Source: a virus
Taxonomy: Duplodnaviria; Caudoviricetes
Length of the DNA stretch: 52,541 nt
Direction: 5' to 3' (one strand)
Virus record (IMG/VR): IMGVR_UViG_3300049793_000050
Span: 1-52,541 of that record
Shown in pieces: positions 18,359 to 28,117 of the stretch; position 1 is the first letter of the stretch; each line of letters opens with the position of its first letter. The notes under the pieces are model-generated. The model saw nothing but the letters and a program-made list of their open reading frames with translations. It was not told the DNA's origin and searched no databases. A program made the position numbers and the translations under genes.

Positions 18359-21300
18359 ATGTCGGGTAGCCAAGTCCTCGGAGCTGTTGCCGGGGTCGTT
18401 GTCGGCTATTTTTTCGGGCCACAAGCAGGGTTCGCGACTTATGCCGCAGTTTCCGGCGTCGGCGCCTATCTCAGCCAACCGGATAACGTCGGCCCAAAGC
18501 TGGAGGACTTACGCGTCCAGATGTCCAGCTACGGCGCAAATATCCCGTTCGAATGGGGCGTCAATCGCCACGCCGGCACGATCATGTGGCCGAAGATCCT
18601 GGATGCGGTCGAACATCAGCATGAAGAAAGCAGCAAGGGCGGGCCGAGCAATATCACCTTTACCTACACGCTATCCTGCGCCGTGCTGGTATGCGAAGGC
18701 CCGATAGCCGGTATCCGCCGCATTTGGGCGAATAAGAAAATCGTCTATGACATCTCGGCGTCCAATACCGGCGCGACGCAAGATCCGAAGATCGGCGCCG
18801 TTCGCTTCTATCTCGGCACCGAGGATCAAGAAGTCGACCCGCTGATCGAGGCGACAGACGGCGCCAGTCCGGCTTATCTCGGCTATGCGTATGTCGTGTT
18901 TGAAGATTACGACGTGACGGAGTTGAACGGGCGGCCGCCGCAGTGGGAATTCGAGGTAGTTGAGAGCGGCGCTGGCAATTACAACGAATTCATCGCCACC
19001 CAACAAGTGCTTCCTGCGACCGGCGGCTGGCGTGATATCGCTTGGAACGGATCACTCTATGTGGCGACGTGCTACGGTTCATCGCTCGTTGGCACGTCGC
19101 CCGATGGCGTGACGTGGACGCAGCGGACATTCTCCAATAACCTGAATTTCGGCATCACCGCCGGCGGCGCGATTTTCTGCATCGTCTGTTATAACTCAGG
19201 TACTGCGGCGACATCGACCGATGGCATTATCTGGACCACGCACGCGCTACCGGTGGGGGCGAGTGCATGGCACGATGTGGCATGGAATGGCACCGTGTTT
19301 TGTGCGACCGCTGCCGGCGCCAGCTGCGCGACCTCGCCTGAGGGCGCAACATGGACCGCGCAGACGATGCCAGCGGATGCCAACTGGTTGAAAATTGTCT
19401 GGAACGGCTCGGTATTCTGCGCGATCGCTCTCGATTCGCAGGTAGCAGTCTCAGTCAATGGCGTCGATTGGGCACTCGGCGTCGTGGCGCCAATCGATGC
19501 CATGTGGCGCGACATCGCATGGAATGGGACAGTATTTTGCGCGGTCGGGGATGACGGCGCGGCTGCTACATCGCCGGACGGGCTGACGTGGACAGAGCGC
19601 ACCATGCCGCCTGGCGCGAACTGGGCCGCGATCGCATGGAACGGGGATATTTTCTGCGCGCTGGCGAACGAGTCAACGATTGCGGCCACCTCGCCCGATG
19701 GCGTGACATGGACGCAACGGGTTATGCCGACCAACTCGAAGTGGATCAGCATCACCTCGGATGGATCGACCTTCGTCGGTATCGCGTCGGAATCATCCAT
19801 TGCGGTCACCATCACGTTCGATGATACGCTGTCGCCCGCGCAGGTGCCGCTCTCCACCATCGTGAGCGATATCTGCCTGCGCGCTGGCCTGACCGCTGAC
19901 GACATCGATGTAACGCAATTAACCGACCTGGTGGACGGTTATATTGTACCGAGACAGATGACCGCGCGCGCCGCGATCGAGCCATTGCAGGCGGCGTTCT
20001 ACGTTGATGCGGTCGAGTCCGACGACAAGATCAAGTTTGTTAAACGCGGTGCTTCGTCCGCTGTAACAATTCCGCAGGCCGAGCGCGCCGCGCATGAATT
20101 CGGGCAGACCATGCCGGATGCGCTGTCGATCGTGCGCGCATTCGAACTTGAGCTGCCGTATCAGTGCGATGTTGAATACCCAGATGTCGATGCGGATCAT
20201 CTGGTCGGCAATCAGTACGACCGCAGGATCACGAAAGATAGCAAGCAAAAAATCAACCTGCAACTGCCGATCGTGATGACGGCCGTCAAGGCCAAAGAGA
20301 TTGCGCGCGTGACGCTGTATCAGGCGTGGCTGAATCAGTCATACCGCTGGACGACAACAAGGAAATATGCGAAGTACGAACCGACCGATGTAGTCTCTTT
20401 GCCGACCGATGCCGCATCGTACACCGCCGTCATCACGAGTAAAAAAGAGCAGCCGAACGGCGTGATAGAGTGGGAAGGCCGCATGACGGCGGTCGATGTC
20501 TACGTGCAATCGGGGGCAGATGCAGCGCCGGCGAATTACATTCCGCAATCGGTATTCAGTCCGGATGTTACGACGCTGGTGCTGCTCGATATCCCCTTGC
20601 TGCGCGACGAAGACGACAGCGCAGGGTTTTACGTGGCGATGGGCGGTAGTGCAATACGGGTGCCGCTCGTGTTATTGCCGCTGCCAATTCCGACCCCGCC
20701 GCCAGACCCGGCACCCGGTCCGACGCCGACCTTGTATGTGGCGGCGACCGGATCCGATTCGAACCCTGGCACGCTAGCCTCACCATTCCTGACGATCGCG
20801 CACGCGGCTTCGGTCGCGGTGCCGGACGACGTGATATCGGTCGCGAGCGGCACCTATACCGGAAACCTCACGACCAGCGCCAGCGGCACGGCCGGACATC
20901 CAGTGACATACATCTCGGCCGTCAAGTATGGCGCGAAGATCATCGGCACAGGGACAGGGATTCACTGGACGGATAACGGCGACTACACCGATATCTCAGG
21001 ATTCGATGTAAGTGGCTCTGGCCGACTCGGGATATACACCACGGGCGATCACGTCACGGTTCATCACTGCTACGTGCACGACATCATGCTGACCGGCGGC
21101 GTGACCGGCGACGGCGGGGCAGGCATCCAGATGTTCGGCGCGTTCTCGACCGCGCATCACAATAAAGTCGTGCGCATCGCGGCTGGCGTGTCATCTGTTA
21201 CCGTGCAGGGTATTTACCTGCTTGGCGCGAGTGCGAATGCGTACGACAACATCGTCGGCGATATTTCGGCTTACGGTATCCACCAATGGCACGGCGGCAC

Positions 21301-21748
21301 GACTTCGACGTTCGACAGCAACACGGTATTCAACTGCGGCGGCGGCGGCATCCTGATCGGCGCCGGCGATTCCGGCATGTTGGCAGGAGGTTCTCAGCAT
21401 AATTTCATCACGAATAATATCGTCGCGAATTGCCCTGGGTACGGGGTGCGCGAATACTCCTACACCGGCACCGGCACGTCATACAACACTTATCGGAACA
21501 ATATCACTTACAACAACGCAGGCGGCAACGTGATGACGGCGACGGGCGATGTGATTGCCGATCTCTTCACCGCGAATCCGCTGTTCGTGAACTATCAGGC
21601 GGACGGCACCGGCGATTATCATCTGCAAGCGATTTCACCGGCGATCGGAGCAGGCAATGCGACGTATTCGCCAGCGACTGATTTCGATGACATCGCCAGG
21701 CCGCAGGGTGGCACGCCGGATATCGGGGCGCTCGAATATGTCGCATAA
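18359..21748 (+). CDS. Central tail/host-specificity protein, N-terminal part, with beta-propeller and C-terminal right-handed beta-helix
   Basis: CEGPIAGIRRIWAN and PAYLGYAYVVF; six WxxIAWNG..SPDGxTWT-type repeats; YVAATGSDSNPGT..PF; PDIGALEY end. Confidence 0.85.
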   Translation: MSGSQVLGAVAGVVVGYFFGPQAGFATYAAVSGVGAYLSQPDNVGPKLEDLRVQMSSYGANIPFEWGVNRHAGTIMWPKILDAVEHQHEESSKGGPSNITFTYTLSCAVLVCEGPIAGIRRIWANKKIVYDISASNTGATQDPKIGAVRFYLGTEDQEVDPLIEATDGASPAYLGYAYVVFEDYDVTELNGRPPQWEFEVVESGAGNYNEFIATQQVLPATGGWRDIAWNGSLYVATCYGSSLVGTSPDGVTWTQRTFSNNLNFGITAGGAIFCIVCYNSGTAATSTDGIIWTTHALPVGASAWHDVAWNGTVFCATAAGASCATSPEGATWTAQTMPADANWLKIVWNGSVFCAIALDSQVAVSVNGVDWALGVVAPIDAMWRDIAWNGTVFCAVGDDGAAATSPDGLTWTERTMPPGANWAAIAWNGDIFCALANESTIAATSPDGVTWTQRVMPTNSKWISITSDGSTFVGIASESSIAVTITFDDTLSPAQVPLSTIVSDICLRAGLTADDIDVTQLTDLVDGYIVPRQMTARAAIEPLQAAFYVDAVESDDKIKFVKRGASSAVTIPQAERAAHEFGQTMPDALSIVRAFELELPYQCDVEYPDVDADHLVGNQYDRRITKDSKQKINLQLPIVMTAVKAKEIARVTLYQAWLNQSYRWTTTRKYAKYEPTDVVSLPTDAASYTAVITSKKEQPNGVIEWEGRMTAVDVYVQSGADAAPANYIPQSVFSPDVTTLVLLDIPLLRDEDDSAGFYVAMGGSAIRVPLVLLPLPIPTPPPDPAPGPTPTLYVAATGSDSNPGTLASPFLTIAHAASVAVPDDVISVASGTYTGNLTTSASGTAGHPVTYISAVKYGAKIIGTGTGIHWTDNGDYTDISGFDVSGSGRLGIYTTGDHVTVHHCYVHDIMLTGGVTGDGGAGIQMFGAFSTAHHNKVVRIAAGVSSVTVQGIYLLGASANAYDNIVGDISAYGIHQWHGGTTSTFDSNTVFNCGGGGILIGAGDSGMLAGGSQHNFITNNIVANCPGYGVREYSYTGTGTSYNTYRNNITYNNAGGNVMTATGDVIADLFTANPLFVNYQADGTGDYHLQAISPAIGAGNATYSPATDFDDIARPQGGTPDIGALEYVA

Positions 21749-21760
21749 CAAAGGGCTGCG

Positions 21761-22612
21761 ATGACTTGGAACGGCGCGACACTGTACAAAAGCGCGGATG
21801 GCGGATCGACCTATGACGCCGTGCTGTCGATGGCCAAGGCGGCCAGCATCGGCACGTCGGCCGGCGCACTCGGCGATTTCACCAGTGGGAACATCTTCGA
21901 CGAACTGAACACGGTCAGCGTCGTGATGAGCTCCGGTTCGCTGGTCAGTTATAGCGAGTTGCAGGCGCTGAACGGGGCCGGCTTGTGCGTGCTGGGCGCG
22001 GCAGGGCGGTGGGAAGTATTGCAGTACAAAACCGCGACACTGACAGGTGTCAACACGTACAAACTGAGCGGGCTATTGCGAGGTCGACGTGGGACCGAGT
22101 GGGCGCAAGGTCTGCATCAGGCTGGCGATACCTTCGTGCTGGCCAGCCTGACAGCATGGAGTCGCACCAATCCCGGCACCGCCGAGATTGGATTGGAGCG
22201 GATGTATAAGGGCGTCACATCCAAGACTTCGATTGCTGCCGCCAACGCGCAAAGCTTCGCGAATACTGCGGTCGGCCTGGAATGCTACGCGCCAGTACAG
22301 ATCGGCGGCGGAAGGAATGCGGCGAACGATGTAACGATCAACTGGATTCCGCGAACACGGATCGGGGGCGAGTGGCGCGATTACGTAGATGTGCCGCTCG
22401 GAGAAAGCGCCGAGGCATACCAGGTCGAAATTTGGAGCGGCGGGTACACGACATTGCTACGCACGATCACAGGCATATCCAGTCCGACCACAATCTACAG
22501 CGCCGCCGACCAGACAGCGGACGGCATCACTCCCGGCGATCCGGTGCATGTATCCATCTACCAACTGTCGGCAGTTGTCGGGCGCGGGTACGAGGCACGC
22601 GGCACCATTTAA
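21761..22612 (+). CDS. Central tail protein, C-terminal part (separate ORF)
   Basis: WEVLQY, LSGLLRGRRGTE, WIPRTR, YQLSAVVGRG: C-terminus of GTA-type tail proteins. Confidence 0.8.
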   Translation: MTWNGATLYKSADGGSTYDAVLSMAKAASIGTSAGALGDFTSGNIFDELNTVSVVMSSGSLVSYSELQALNGAGLCVLGAAGRWEVLQYKTATLTGVNTYKLSGLLRGRRGTEWAQGLHQAGDTFVLASLTAWSRTNPGTAEIGLERMYKGVTSKTSIAAANAQSFANTAVGLECYAPVQIGGGRNAANDVTINWIPRTRIGGEWRDYVDVPLGESAEAYQVEIWSGGYTTLLRTITGISSPTTIYSAADQTADGITPGDPVHVSIYQLSAVVGRGYEARGTI

Positions 22613-22631
22613 CAATCAAGCAAACCACACA

Positions 22632-22655
22632 AGCGGCCTTCGGGTCGCTTTTTTT
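22632..22655 (+). terminator. Intrinsic terminator, identical to the one at 10248
   Basis: AGCGGCCTTCGGGTCGCTTTTTTT. Confidence 0.8.
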
Positions 22656-22666
22656 ATGGGCGAACC

Positions 22667-24649
22667 ATGAGCAGCAGCACAACGCTAGTCGATACCGTCG
22701 CCAGTTCGCAGGCGCAAAAAGAAGTGACGTTGAACGCCGCGCTCGATGCGCTGAGTCAATCCATGATCTTCGGCAGGCGTGCGTCAACCACGTCCGGCCT
22801 GACCTGGGGCTATTACGGCGGCCGCTATACAAAGGCAGACGGCACGAACATTGCCGTCGCCAACGGTACGCTGACGCTGACGGCTTCGCTGACCAACTAT
22901 GTCGAGGTGAGCAGCCTGGGTGTAGTCAGCGTCAACACCAGCGCATTCACCGCCGGTAAAACGCCGCTTTATACCGTCGTGGCAGGCGCATCGACTGTCA
23001 CCAGCTACACCGATAACCGCGATGGCACGCAGGGGAATTACCTATCACGCGCCATCGCTGCAGCCTTGGCCGATGGCGACAAGGGCGATATCACCGTATC
23101 AGCATCCGGCGTGACCTGGACGATTGACAACGACGTCGTCACTTACGCCAAGATGCAGAACGTTTCCGCTACCGACAAACTGCTTGGCCGCAGCACCGCC
23201 GGCGCAGGCGACGTCGAGGAAATCACTTGCACCGCAGCTGGTCGTGCGCTGATTGACGACGCGGACGCTACCGCGCAACGTGCGACGCTTGGGCTGGTGA
23301 TTGGCACAAACGTTCAGGCCTATGACGCGGAACTCGCGGCGCTGGCCGGCCTGACATCGGCGGCAAACAAGGGCATCCAGTTCACCGGCAGCGGAACGGC
23401 GGCGACCTACGACCTGACGACAGCCGGCAAAGCCTTGCTCGATGATGCCGACGCCGCAGCGCAGCGCACCACGCTCGGGCTTGCCATCGGTACGAACGTG
23501 CAGGCGTACGATGCAGAACTGGCCGCAATCGCTGGCCTGACCTCGGCAGCAGATAAAGTTCCGTACTTCACCGGCAGCGGCACGGCAGCGCTGCTCACGC
23601 GCGATACCGACGTTAATCTGTCGGCCAATAGCGATACAGCGCTCGCCACGCAGAAAGCCGTCAAGGCCTACGTTGATGCGATAGCCACATCCGGCGCAAC
23701 AGACGTGATGATTTTCAAGGGCGTGATCGACTGCTCTGCGAATCCAAACTATCCCGCTGCTGACGCCGGCAATTTGCACAAAGTCAGCGTGGCCGGCAAG
23801 ATCGGTGGCGCGTCAGGTCCGAACGTTGAGGCTGGCGATACGCTGTACTGCATCACCGATTCCACGGCAAGCGGTAATCAGGCTACGGTCGGGGCGAACT
23901 GGAATATCTCGCAAGTCAACGTCGACGGCGCGGTCACTGGTCCAGCGTCGGCAACGGATAGCCATGTTGCGATGTTCAACGGATCGACCGGCAAGATTAT
24001 CAAGGATTCCGGCCTGACGCTCTCCGGCACTAATACCGGCGATCAAACGGCAGTCTCGGGCAATGCCGGCACCGCCACGGCACTAGCAAGCTCACGCAAC
24101 ATTGACGGTCAGGCGTTCGACGGCACCGCGAATATCACCGTCATCGCGCCGGGAACGCACGCAGCGACCGGCAAAACAACCCCAGTGGATGCCGACGAAA
24201 TGCCGCTTGTGGATAGCGCTGCATCGAACGTGTTGAAAAAGATCACGTGGGCCAACATCAAGGCCACGCTCAAGACCTACTTCGATACGCTCTATGCCAC
24301 CGTTTCGCAGCCGTTCGACCTGATGGCGTTCTATCCCGGTGTGCCGACCACCAGCGCCATCGTCACCCGCGTCCCGGTGGCGCGGGCCATCACATTCCCG
24401 GCGAATTTTTCCGGCAGCTATGCCAAGGCAGCGACGGCAGCGACGGCCAGCACAGCAATTGATGTGCAGAATAATGGCTCATCAATCGGGACCATCACAT
24501 TTGCCGCGGCCGGAACCATCGCTACTTTCACCACCGTAAGCGGTACGTCTAAATCGTTAGTGGCAGGGGATATTTTGTCGATTATCGCCCCAGCAAGTGC
24601 GGATGCAACAATCGCAAATATTGGATTCGTGTTGGCTGGAACGCGATAA
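22667..24649 (+). CDS. Tail fibre protein
   Basis: [10 protein letters not shown] and [10 protein letters not shown]-terminus; Ala/Thr/Gly-rich; internal 62-aa duplication. Confidence 0.85.
   Translation: MSSSTTLVDTVASSQAQKEVTLNAALDALSQSMIFGRRASTTSGLTWGYYGGRYTKADGTNIAVANGTLTLTASLTNYVEVSSLGVVSVNTSAFTAGKTPLYTVVAGASTVTSYTDNRDGTQGNYLSRAIAAALADGDKGDITVSASGVTWTIDNDVVTYAKMQNVSATDKLLGRSTAGAGDVEEITCTAAGRALIDDADATAQRATLGLVIGTNVQAYDAELAALAGLTSAANKGIQFTGSGTAATYDLTTAGKALLDDADAAAQRTTLGLAIGTNVQAYDAELAAIAGLTSAADKVPYFTGSGTAALLTRDTDVNLSANSDTALATQKAVKAYVDAIATSGATDVMIFKGVIDCSANPNYPAADAGNLHKVSVAGKIGGASGPNVEAGDTLYCITDSTASGNQATVGANWNISQVNVDGAVTGPASATDSHVAMFNGSTGKIIKDSGLTLSGTNTGDQTAVSGNAGTATALASSRNIDGQAFDGTANITVIAPGTHAATGKTTPVDADEMPLVDSAASNVLKKITWANIKATLKTYFDTLYATVSQPFDLMAFYPGVPTTSAIVTRVPVARAITFPANFSGSYAKAATAATASTAIDVQNNGSSIGTITFAAAGTIATFTTVSGTSKSLVAGDILSIIAPASADATIANIGFVLAGTR
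23231..23590 (+). repeat. Two-copy 62-codon repeat in the tail fibre
   Basis: [32 protein letters not shown] occurs twice with a 186-nt period. Confidence 0.85.
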
Positions 24650-25359
24650 TGGCAGCGCCTACACTCGACGGCGTAGCGCATAACACAGCTACGAATGCGG
24701 CGTCTTACACGGTTACACTTACCACGACGAATGCGAATGACATCATCTGCGTGCTGGTCTATGTATCGAAAGGATCGTCCGGCACCGCGCCAGCCGTCAC
24801 ATCCGTAACAGCCAGCGGACTGACGTTCGCCAAGCGCGCATCAACCAACGGGTCAGTACAAGGGAATATGGAATTGTGGTGGGCGCTGTCGACATCAGCC
24901 CTCACCGCCAAGGTCATCACCGTCACCATACCAACAACGTACGACGATACCGCTTCGGTCGCATTCGGCGTCACTGGATGCTATACCGCGTCACCGTGGG
25001 ACAATAATTCCAACGTCCCGAAATACCTGTCGCAATTTTCAACGCCTAGCCATACCGGCGTCAGTACCAACGAGTCAAACGACTTTCTCATCTTCGCCAA
25101 CGGCAGCAACGGAGGGTGGGCTAGTTTAGGTACCATCCCTACCGGATTTACCAACGGCGACATCATCAATACCAACGGCGGCGCGCTGGCTGGATCGGTT
25201 GGGTTCGCCTACAAGGGCGTCACTGCTACGCAATCAAGCGCGACATTTACATGGGGTTCTGGCGTCCAACAGAAAAACGAATCGATCTTCGATGCGCTCA
25301 CCGCCGATGCGCCGGTAGTTCCATCTACGGCTCGACCGCAAGTCTGCGTCTGCACTTAA
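24649..25359 (+). CDS. Putative fibre tip/receptor-binding protein
   Basis: Thr/Ser-rich beta protein coupled to the fibre gene. Confidence 0.6.
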   Translation: MAAPTLDGVAHNTATNAASYTVTLTTTNANDIICVLVYVSKGSSGTAPAVTSVTASGLTFAKRASTNGSVQGNMELWWALSTSALTAKVITVTIPTTYDDTASVAFGVTGCYTASPWDNNSNVPKYLSQFSTPSHTGVSTNESNDFLIFANGSNGGWASLGTIPTGFTNGDIINTNGGALAGSVGFAYKGVTATQSSATFTWGSGVQQKNESIFDALTADAPVVPSTARPQVCVCT

Positions 25360-25367
25360 TTTCAACC

Positions 25368-25391
25368 AGCCGCCTTCGGGCGGTTTTTTTA
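25368..25391 (+). terminator. Intrinsic terminator
   Basis: AGCCGCC-TTCG-GGCGG followed by T-run. Confidence 0.8.
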
Positions 25392-25414
25392 CGCCTCATC
25401 AGCCAAGGAAAGTC

Positions 25415-25708
25415 ATGAGAACAGTAATCGTCACGCTTCAAACCGCCGTATCGCAACTCCCAGAAGGCACAATACCGGGCGGCATCAAGATCAGCTTTAC
25501 CGGTGGCGTAGTTCCGCCGCAGACCGTCGCATCTCCCTATTCCGCAACATTCAACAACGTCCCAGCAGGCGACTACATCGTGATCGCGCAGGCAGTTGAC
25601 AGCGCCGGCCAGCCTTTGGGCGACGCCAAGCAATCGACTCAATTCCATGTCTCCGCCAGCACTGTTGGCGTTGATGTTCCGATGCAGGTAACGGTCGCCG
25701 TCCAATAA
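25415..25708 (+). CDS. Small Ig-like beta-sandwich protein
   Basis: ATFNNVPAGDYIVIAQAVD; flanked by terminators. Confidence 0.6.
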   Translation: MRTVIVTLQTAVSQLPEGTIPGGIKISFTGGVVPPQTVASPYSATFNNVPAGDYIVIAQAVDSAGQPLGDAKQSTQFHVSASTVGVDVPMQVTVAVQ

Positions 25709-25714
25709 TTCGAC

Positions 25715-25738
25715 GCCCGCTTCGGCGGGCTTTTCTTT
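25715..25738 (+). terminator. Intrinsic terminator
   Basis: GCCCGC-TTCG-GCGGGC-TTTTCTTT. Confidence 0.75.
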
Positions 25739-25747
25739 GGGGTAGTC

Positions 25748-25951
25748 ATGCCAGATGAATCAATTGCAGTAGCCGCCGCGAAAGTGGCCCCGCCGGTAAT
25801 CATCACTGGCATCAATACTATTTTTGGATTCACTTTGAATGATTGGGTTGCGATCACCGCCATCGTGTATGCGGTACTGCAGACGATATTTCTAGTGGTC
25901 GACCGCATGAAGAAGCGTCGTAACAAGCGGAGGATTGATGGCGAAAAATAA
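25748..25951 (+). CDS. Holin/antiholin-like membrane protein
   Basis: TLNDWVAITAIVYAVLQ transmembrane segment with basic C-tail; lysis cassette. Confidence 0.6.
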   Translation: MPDESIAVAAAKVAPPVIITGINTIFGFTLNDWVAITAIVYAVLQTIFLVVDRMKKRRNKRRIDGEK

Positions 25952-26237
25952 ATTATTGGCCAGCCTGTCGATCCTGATCCTGCTGCTGATCGGCCAATGC
26001 GCGGCCCTGTTGGCCCCGTTCCGTGCGGCCTGGTCACTCCTGACCGGCAAGCCCGAACAGGCGCTGGAAATCGCCAAAGGTTACGACCTGCTCGGCAACA
26101 CGGTATTGAACGGCGCCGCCGGCGAATACATCAGCACTCGAGCGAACCGGGCCAAGTTGCAGGGCAAGCGCTGGGGCTGCCTGCTTTGCCGCTTGCTGGA
26201 CTGGATCACCGCAGACCATTGTAAAAACTCGGAATAG
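25938..26237 (+). CDS. Lysis-cassette hypothetical protein
   Basis: D.LGN..LNG..E.IS.R and C.LCRLLD..HC pattern. Confidence 0.6.
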   Translation: MAKNKLLASLSILILLLIGQCAALLAPFRAAWSLLTGKPEQALEIAKGYDLLGNTVLNGAAGEYISTRANRAKLQGKRWGCLLCRLLDWITADHCKNSE

Positions 26238-26245
26238 GAGTAGGT

Positions 26246-26464
26246 ATGTTAGTCGAAAACTGGCAGGAAATTTTAACGAAGGCGTGGAGCGTCAAGTTCA
26301 ATATCGCCGCTACATTGTTCGGCGCCGCGGAAGTCGTGGTCGCGCTGGTGCAGCCGGCCAGCATCCCGCATGGCGTGTTTGCTGGGATCGCTGCGACGAT
26401 TTCGATTCTCTCGAACGTGGCGCGGTTGATGGCGCAAAAGGAGCTGGCAAGTGGCGACAAATAA
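26246..26464 (+). CDS. Holin-like protein (2 TM)
   Basis: LVENW..AWSV..ARL..Q; immediately upstream of the endolysin. Confidence 0.65.
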   Translation: MLVENWQEILTKAWSVKFNIAATLFGAAEVVVALVQPASIPHGVFAGIAATISILSNVARLMAQKELASGDK

Positions 26465-26906
26465 GCAGCGCGCGGCCTGGTGCGCCATTGCGGTGACCTG
26501 TGTTTCAGGCTTTGAGGGATTGCGCCAGGTTGCCTATTCCGACCCGGTAGGAATCCCAACAATTTGCTTTGGCGAAACCAAGGGCGTGCGTTTGGGCGAC
26601 CGCGCCACGATGGATGAGTGCAAGGGGATGCTGTCCGATTCGCTCGAGATTGCCAACCGCGGCGTCGATTCCTGTGTCCGTACTTATCTGCCAGATACCA
26701 GGCGCGCGGCCTTTGTCAGTATGACGTACAACATCGGCGTCGGCAATTTCTGCAGCTCAACTCTAGTGCGCAAGCTGAATTCGGGCGACGTTGTTGGCGC
26801 CTGCAATGAAATGCCGCGCTGGAACCGGGCGAAAGGCATTGTCCTGCCTGGGCTGACCAAACGGCGGGCATCAGAACGTGAAATGTGCCTGAAAGGATTG
26901 ATGTGA
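26451..26906 (+). CDS. Endolysin, GH24 lysozyme, probable SAR type
   Basis: FEG..AY.D..G.PTIC.G.T catalytic E-D-T; weakly hydrophobic N-terminus; GLTKRR. Confidence 0.93.
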   Translation: MATNKQRAAWCAIAVTCVSGFEGLRQVAYSDPVGIPTICFGETKGVRLGDRATMDECKGMLSDSLEIANRGVDSCVRTYLPDTRRAAFVSMTYNIGVGNFCSSTLVRKLNSGDVVGACNEMPRWNRAKGIVLPGLTKRRASEREMCLKGLM

Positions 26907-27295
26907 CCATACAAGCCAAGTTAATCGCCGCGCTGGCGCTGCTGATCGCCCTGATCGGCTCCCATTGGTACGTCCTGAACATGGGCCGGCGCTTGGAGCG
27001 CACCGATTGGCTGGCGGCACAGATCAAGGCCGACGCTGCAGCTACAAGCAAATACAACGCAGTCGCACAACAACTGGAGAGCGCCAAAAATGAACGCCAG
27101 ATCGTTACGCAAACCATCACCAAGCAGGTTATCAAGCTGGTCGACCGTCCCGTGTATCTTAATTCTTGCCTTGATGATGACGGGCTGCTGCTCGCTCAAG
27201 CCGCAATCACAGGCAAAAATCCCGGCCAGCCTGCTTCAGCCGTGCCAACCACTGGTGCAACTGGAAGGAAAGACGGGCAAGGACTTGCTCGTTAA
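26903..27295 (+). CDS. i-spanin (Rz-like)
   Basis: N-terminal TM, coiled coil, follows the endolysin. Confidence 0.75.
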   Translation: MTIQAKLIAALALLIALIGSHWYVLNMGRRLERTDWLAAQIKADAAATSKYNAVAQQLESAKNERQIVTQTITKQVIKLVDRPVYLNSCLDDDGLLLAQAAITGKNPGQPASAVPTTGATGRKDGQGLAR

Positions 27296-27368
27296 TATCA
27301 CCGACAACGCGGCGATTTATTGGGCTTGCTCGGACAGTAAGGATGCGCTGATTCGTGCGGTGAAATAA
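27090..27368 (+). CDS. o-spanin lipoprotein (Rz1-like), overlapping Rz
   Basis: LALMMTGC lipobox-like motif, IPASLLQPC; +1 frame within Rz. Confidence 0.7.
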   Translation: MNARSLRKPSPSRLSSWSTVPCILILALMMTGCCSLKPQSQAKIPASLLQPCQPLVQLEGKTGKDLLVNITDNAAIYWACSDSKDALIRAVK

Positions 27369-27377
27369 TCGGTAATT

Positions 27378-27845
27378 TCACGATACGGAATCGCCTTCTA
27401 AAAGTTCCCCAGCATCCTTGACCATGTGGGCGATGTTATATCGTGGGTTGAATCGGGCAATGTATTCACGCTCAAACAAGTCTAAATTGCAGGCATCAAC
27501 GGGAACAAAGCAAATGCGCTCGAATTCTTTGGCGCTCATGACGTGATCCGACATCCTGCTGAAAAAGTTCGTGGTTTTTCCAACATACACAACGCTGTCG
27601 CCGTCGACTAGAAAGTAAATTCCAACGCCATGCCTTGGAAAAATATTCTTCGCCTTGATCGCGGTAATTGCAAGGAAGGGGCCTTTCGCATGAGGCGGTT
27701 TTTTCATGCTCGCTATGACAACTGGGTTGCCGTGCAAATTGGTCGCGTGCTTTACTCCATAGCGCTTCAACCAGTATAGTTGCGCCTTCGAAGTAACACA
27801 GCCGGTAAATCTGGTTAACTCATTTTTTTGCATGTATGGCGACAC
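27378..27845 (-). CDS. DUF4224 (excisionase-like) domain fused to GIY-YIG nuclease
   Basis: EL..FTG....AQL.WL...G......GNPVV then GIYFL..VYVGKT..R..H..E..NPRYN; GGAGG SD before GTG. Confidence 0.8.
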   Translation of the reverse strand: MSPYMQKNELTRFTGCVTSKAQLYWLKRYGVKHATNLHGNPVVIASMKKPPHAKGPFLAITAIKAKNIFPRHGVGIYFLVDGDSVVYVGKTTNFFSRMSDHVMSAKEFERICFVPVDACNLDLFEREYIARFNPRYNIAHMVKDAGELLEGDSVS

Positions 27846-27873
27846 CGAGAACCTCCGTAATTGGCCATAAAAT

Positions 27874-28117
27874 CTGTGCTATTAACGCTGCCACAATTCA
27901 TACGAAACAATGACTTACCAGCGCAAAATACTATCGGCAATAGCACAATCGAAAGTGTACAACGCATTGAATGCAAAGGGAAAAGAACAGAGTAGAAAGT
28001 CAGCCTTCTAAGCTGAGGGTCACAGGTTCGATTCCTGTTGGGCAGACCAGCCCACAGGGCTTTTCGCAGGAGTAGACACTAACCACTGTGCTATAAAATT
28101 CAGGTTGCGCTATTCAA
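27874..28117. other. attP region with candidate arm-type repeats and an IHF-like site
   Basis: TGTGCTAT at 27875 and 28087, inverted copy at 27939-27947, degenerate GCGCTATT at 28107; AAACAATGACTTA at 27905-27917. Confidence 0.65.
28000..28049 (+). other. attP core: 3' half of tRNA-Arg(UCU)
   Basis: TCAGC-CTTCTAA-GCTGA anticodon arm, ACAGG-TTCGATT-CCTGT T arm, ends ACCA; no 5' half; close to the integrase. Confidence 0.88.

Noticed and set aside
20636-21763. GCGATG at both ends of the beta-helix insertion as an excision or splice site
   Set aside because: A 6-bp match is expected by chance; no recombinase or intron structure supports it
81-24681. Long antisense and alternate-frame ORFs over structural genes (e.g. 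81..812, 1254..2072, 19189..19905, 23099..23779)
   Set aside because: Shadow ORFs typical of GC-rich coding DNA, with no motifs
18359-25359. Diversity-generating retroelement or invertible fibre cassette
   Set aside because: No reverse transcriptase or invertase gene, and no TR/VR pair or inverted repeats seen; repeats are in-frame protein repeats
28000-28049. Complete tRNA-Arg gene
   Set aside because: Only the anticodon arm to CCA is present, with no D arm or 5' acceptor strand; better explained as the attP core
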